Positions 58,856-64,000 of a stretch of 64,000 nucleotides of DNA are shown in pieces. The notes under the pieces are model-generated. The model was not told where the DNA came from. It did not search any database and saw only the letters and a program-made list of their open reading frames with translations. This DNA comes from Patellaria atrata CBS 101060 (lineage: Eukaryota): the NCBI GenBank assembly GCA_010093705.1, contig MU006111.1, positions 124,001 to 188,000 on the forward strand. The letters run 5' to 3'. The position numbers and the translations under genes are program-made. Positions within the stretch are counted from its first letter, which is position 1. Each line of letters starts with the position of its first letter.

Positions 58856-59133
58856 ATGGGTTTTTTCGAAAAACTGCAAGCGAGTAAGTCCACCTGTGTG
58901 CGCTCAATCAGCTCGATTACCCAACAGGTGGAATGGAATTTTGACCTTGAGTAGAACTCGAACTCTACCGTCTCGAACAGCGCTATACCAAACGCTCCAA
59001 ACGCACCACCTTCATCAGCGATGCTGTCTACGTTGACGGCGAGTACGTCTACAACTCGCCTACCTCGACGCCAAAGTCACCGTCTGCGCAAAGTGCGTCT
59101 AGTGCAGGAATGAGGTGGGGTCGTGGGCGATGA
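58856..59133 (+). CDS. Two-exon 68-aa microprotein, not in the ORF track
   Basis: Exons 58856-58883 and 58955-59133, intron GTAAGT...TTGAC...TAG, AAAATGG start context. Product MGFFEKLQAKLELYRLEQRYTKRSKRTTFISDAVYVDGEYVYNSPTSTPKSPSAQSASSAGMRWGRGR. Confidence 0.8.
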
Positions 59134-59969
59134 GTGATAGGATTGGAATTGGAATGGGAAACTGTGAGGAGCTTAGGGGGAGACGGTGAAGGAAATTGTG
59201 GGGAGATCGTGGGGAGGGGAAAGTGCGAGAGAGTAAAGGACTAAGTGAAACCCTAGTAGTTCCCAATGTTTCTGGAGCATGTGATTGAGCTTGATCTTGA
59301 TCTTTAACCCTTCAATTGACGGGACTGAAGGTCCTAGGCAGGGAAGTTCTTCTAACAAAGTACATATCATCTTTTGCGGGTTTTATTGTTTGTGCGTATA
59401 CTGTATGTTTGACGATGATTCAACTGTTCATATTATTTGCATCTTGCATTGTTTACTGTCTACTTCTTTGTCTATTCCCCGACCCTGCTCGCTATGTCTT
59501 GCGACTAATGCCAGCGAGTGGGTGGAGAGACAAATGTCCATATCCTGTGCGTAAACATCAATGAGGACATGACTTTTACCATTCTCAATTCCGCCAACCA
59601 ACGATCCCTTCGTGTCGATCTTCCGCTATCATGGTATGATATACTGATTGTGCACTTGCGGGGCCATTGGAATACATATGCTGGATGTTTCGACTCTGGA
59701 AAAGGAGGTTTACGATACAGAAGGACCTGGAGAGCCGGAAGCTGTCTACTCTGAGTCCGTGAGGAGGGGTTTACTGTACAGAAGTTCCAGGGAGAAGGAA
59801 GCGGTATGATCTGATCTCGGGGGGACGGGAGTTATTGTACAGAACCATGTCTGGTAAAACGTTTCGTCCGTCAGCCATCTCAGGCTTTTTTCCGAGATTT
59901 AGCATACGGCCTCTTAATATTAATCTTTGTATGCTTATGGAGCATACTCAACGTAGAGAGGGCTTTGAC

Positions 59970-61770
59970 TCATCTCTGAATAGCACCAGTTTCTGGTGCG
60001 TTTAGAAGGCCAGCCGAGGCCTCTCTCTCCAAGCTCAACTTCATATCTAACCAGGAATAGAAGTTGGGGGATCGACAAAACTGCTCGTAGAATGAATCAC
60101 GAGCTTTGTATTTCTGAATTGGATCGCCCCTGAACTTGAGTGAGGTTCCGTATTTCGATAAGCTCTGGATGAAGGCAGCTTCGGAGAAGTTGGCATACTG
60201 TGGATGTCTTCCAGGGGCTGCGGTATCCCTCGTTGTCTGAGAGGCGAGGAACCTATTGAGGGGAGCGAGGAATTGGGCCGCCAATTCCGAGAAATGGCGG
60301 CGAACAAGGGGGCCTATTTCATCCGTGGCCGACGGACCCTTCTTCAGCATCTGGTCGAGGGTTTTGGTGAAGCTGTGGTCACTCTTGAGATACCTCGTTG
60401 GGGCAGACTGAGACTCCCCGCTTCCAGGGGAGAAGTTTGCCTTTGCACGGGCTGAGAGGGAGTGGTGCCGTTTGATGGGCACTTTGTCGTCCGTCTCGTC
60501 AAGATATACCACGTAAGGCGTGGTGCTTTCACCGTTCTCCGCAGTGCTAGAAATGCGTTTCTGCAGGAAGGGATTCGTACTACCTACAAGAAAATGTCGT
60601 GGCGTACTTCCTTCGATACCGTTTAATCCGAATTCCGACTGCATTGTGAGATATGGCTAGGCGAAATACGATTAGTATACGTCCAGGTCAGAATCAATAG
60701 CAGGATATACACTTACTCTACAATCGCCGGCATATGGGATTGGCCTAATTAGATCTACCATGGCACTTACAAAGTCACTGCAAACCTGAGGGCTCTTCGC
60801 AAGAACCAGGACATTTTCGCATAGGATCACTTTCTCGAAGATGACGTACAGTTCAGAGAGGTACGGCAGCGATCTAGCAAGTGTGTTCCAGGAGGATACA
60901 GGTTGGTATGCGCAGATTGGGATTGGTCTCCCGGAGAGCTCATATGCAGATGTTAGAGTCGACAAACCTTGCAGGGGGAAGGCGACATGCGGAGCACTGT
61001 GAGTACGTTAGTGTATGTTACCTTGGTTAGCAAAGGTGCTCTACTTACATGTCAATTGTCCTCACCGTTCCAAGAAAAGGTAGGTCATGACGTCCAATTG
61101 ATGGTGGAGGCCAAGCCGCTATTTGATTATATGCAGCTTCAAGAGGTACTGGGTCATTATTGATCACGCCCGAAGATGCCATCTGGTGTAGGATCTGGGT
61201 GAAGAATGCTGGGAAATTTTGGTTCGAGAGTAGTACTAGACTGCGTTGATTGAAACTGCGCTTCATCGTACCATCGAACTGCTGACGAAAGATACATGTT
61301 CCGTAAAACTTGCTTCCGCTTCCGTAAGGGGGACATGGAGAATTGAGTATGATTTCCGGGGAGTTGTTGCGTATGGTAAAATGAAATGCAATGTCTTCTG
61401 TAGGCTCGCTATCCTGCCTCTCTGGAAAGCTGTGGAAGCTGATAGCTTGCAGATCGGAGGTCGAGAAGTGCGTCTCCGGTGGATAGACGAGTTCAACTTC
61501 AGGTCCAACATCTACATTGAAATTACAGACTATGAATGCAACAGCCCAGTTTCCGAACTGTGAGCGGCGGGAAGGTGTTGGCTTTGATTCTTTTGAGTCT
61601 TTGGACTCTTTAGAACTGGAGAGGCTACGATCGCGGGTGAGAATGTTTTTGAGCTTCTCCATCTTTCGTGTAGATGCAGATTTGCGAATAGTAGAGCGCG
61701 TTGTAGAAACTAAGGCAGGGGTCAAGGCTGTTGTTGTGGCTTTGGTTATGATGTCAAAGCTGTCAGACAT
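59970..61770 (-). CDS. DENND6/FAM116-like DENN-domain protein (putative Rab GEF)
   Basis: WAVAFIVCNFNVDVGPEVE...ISFHSFPE...FRQQFD...RSFNQRSLVLLS; PIPYAGDCR|PYLTMQS; LVGSTNPF; RRHFSEL...FLAPL; FCRSPNFYSW. Start may be 61770 or ~61662. Confidence 0.82.
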
Positions 61771-62142
61771 GCCGATAAAGTGAAGGATATAAGGTAAGGT
61801 GATAGAATTGAGAACAGAAGATTCAAAAGTCGAAGAGTGGAATAAATTCCTGTAGGTAAATGGAAGTCCGACGTTGACTGTGTTCTGCGAAATGTATTCC
61901 GTAAGGTAAAGTTCGAATTATTGAACTTTATACATGACGGACGCTTATTACCGTGGGTTGCAGCTGCACTTAAGAAAAAAGGTCAAAGCTCCTAAAAAGT
62001 GACGATGTCCCCACATGTAAGTTACTGTAAGGTATTATCGTTTTACCCGACGCGTTTCGATCAAATGTTTTGATAAACATCCAAAAACATGAATATCACC
62101 TCACCCTAAGATCGAAACAGACACTGATAGCTAGGGTTTAAA

Positions 62143-62167
62143 GCATCGAAGCATCGAAGCATCGAAG
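62143..62167. repeat. Short tandem repeat (GCATCGAA)x3 in the DENND6/VAC14 divergent promoter
   Basis: aagcatcgaagcatcgaagcatcgaag seen directly. Confidence 0.75.
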
Positions 62168-62313
62168 TCTCGTGCCACTCTACGCAATCGGACTCCTCTC
62201 GTCCACTTTAGTCTGCCTGCCCCTCCCGTCAATCCTCAAGCTCCTGTCTTGTCTGTGCTCCTACCTACTCAGGACACATCGGTTATCATACTCTCATATA
62301 GTTTACAACCACT

Positions 62314-64000
62314 ATGGATCCTAATATTCACAAAGCCCTAACCGACAAGATATATGACCGCAGAAAAGCTGGCGCGCTTGAGTGCGTGTCTTGACCTGTG
62401 ACCCGCCTTCATTCCTACTCCGCACTAACATATTCAAATAGTTTAGAGAACCTTATTCGAGATTGTCTAGCAGCGAACGACCATGATAGAATAGCAAAGA
62501 TAGTTCACCAGCTCTGCCATGACTATGCCTATGCTGTACATCAACCACACGCCCGAAATGGGGGTCTTATTGGTCTTGCTGCGGCATCGATTGCTTTAGG
62601 AGGACTGGTATCATATACACTCAATAGCTGAATATTGCATTTTGAAACTAATCATATCTGTAGGAAGTTGCCCGATACCTCAAAGAAATAGTACCTCCTG
62701 TCCTCGCCTGCTTCACAGATCAAGATGCTCGAGTCCGATATTACGCATGTGAAAGTATGTATAACATTGCAAAAGTAGCTAAAGGGGAGATATTATTATA
62801 CTTCAATGAGGTCTTCGACGCTCTTTGTAAAGTAAGAAACGATGTAGGGGAGGAGTTGATCGTACAATCATCACTGACGAGCTCCCAGCTTGCGGCCGAT
62901 TCAGAACTCTCAGTGAAGAACGGCGCGGAGCTACTAGATCGCCTTGTGAAAGACATCGTATCGGAATCAGCAGCGTCATACGTCTCAATACTGGAAGAGA
63001 AAGAAGGGGAGGCTTCCGACGAGGCTATCAAACCAGAAGAGAGTCCTGAGGGCGAGGACGATAATCGTACAAAATCATTCTCGCTCGCACGATTTATACC
63101 ACTGCTACAGGAGCGGATCATGGTCATTAACCCCTATACCAGGACATTCTTGGTCTCTTGGATAAACCTACTTGATTCGATCCCCGAACTGGAGCTTGTT
63201 GCATACCTACCCGCTTTCTTAGGAGGCCTCTTTAGATTCCTAAGCGATCCCAACCAAGATGTGCATACCGCAACCGCCACCTGTCTCGACCGTTTTCTTT
63301 CCGAGATCAAAAAAATAGCTAGGATAAAGCGAGGGATCGCAGAAAGTCGGAAAAGTGCGGAGGGTGTGAAACGATCTAGTTCCGGCACTGGGAGCGGCAG
63401 TCCGAGCTTAGAGAGTGACAATGGTAGTACAGGGGTCGATCCAGGTGATAAAACTGAGGCGGAAGGGGAGGGAGGCACTAGCGATGATAGTGGATCCGAC
63501 ACTGGAAACGATGAGAAGACGGTCAGCGGTGAGGAAGAGTGGGTGCCGGGTCAAGACGTGCAAATTGACCATGCTGCAATCCTTGATATACTTGTCACAT
63601 TTTTATGTGATTCGTCCGGTTAGTTCTGATCTGGATTTGGATTCGATGGTATTAACATTGAATAGTAGAGGAAGTGCAGCTCACCACGCTTCGCTGGATC
63701 GACACTTTCTTTGAGATATGCCCAGAAGATATCCTGCAATTCGCCCCTCGTCTCCTGTCCCAAGTTCTCCCTGCAGTGTCAAGCGATGTGGATCTAGTGC
63801 GAGTGGCCGCAAATCGAGTGAACACCTCGCTCATGGAATATATCATGACCTTGTCCGATGAAGATGGAAAGACTCAGAGTGCTTCTCACTCCCAAGTACA
63901 AAACCTGGCAACTACAAGTGGTGACCGTAGGGAATCGGCCATTTCACTCAGTAGATCTTCGAAACCAGAAAATAAAACTCCAGAGGTCAAACCAAGGACG
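62314..64000 (+). CDS. VAC14: PI(3,5)P2 regulatory scaffold Vac14 (HEAT repeats); 5' part, runs off the window end
   Basis: MDPNIHKALTDKIYDRRKAGALE|LE...HARNGGLIGLAAASIAL...PVLACFTDQDARVRYYACESMYNIAKV...DSELSVKNGAELLDRLVKDIV. Confidence 0.95.

Noticed and set aside
62832..62888. Stop-free 57-nt introns in VAC14 (and in the GMC gene at 19101-19045)
   Set aside because: Short 3n introns lack stops often by chance, and the VAC14 splice signals are canonical.

Overview
Gene-dense eukaryotic DNA from a filamentous ascomycete (Pezizomycotina). The evidence is short GT-AG introns with CTRAC/CTAAC branch points and typical fungal housekeeping genes. I can support about 27 protein-coding genes. In order: VPS74 (partial), mitochondrial acyl carrier protein, complex I 23-kDa subunit, RRP14/SURF6, two hypotheticals, sphingolipid delta-8 desaturase, a PGM2/PRM15-type phosphomutase, a CorA Mg2+ transporter, a GMC oxidoreductase, a GFA/CENP-V protein, a divergent Prp2/DHX16-like DEAH helicase, a conserved hypothetical, RED/IK, proteasome beta5, a UIM/Cys-His protein, a Reb1-like Myb protein, SPT3, DPH5, ADA1/HFI1, an ALMT/FUSC-like transporter, a single-TM protein, a CYSTM protein, PRP6, a 68-aa microprotein, a DENND6-like protein and VAC14 (partial). 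I recognised no tRNA, rRNA, CRISPR array or intact transposon. The most interesting item is a two-exon 68-aa microprotein gene (58856-59133) that the ORF track misses. It lies downstream of a ~290-nt element closed by a 17-bp helix with G-U pairs, and that element encloses a 17-codon uORF and mutually exclusive hairpins. Other notable items are a long, structured SPT3 intron, non-canonical splice sites, a recurrent intergenic TAAGGTA motif, and head-to-head pairs of functionally related genes. All calls come from reading the sequence by eye; no searches or folding programs were run.
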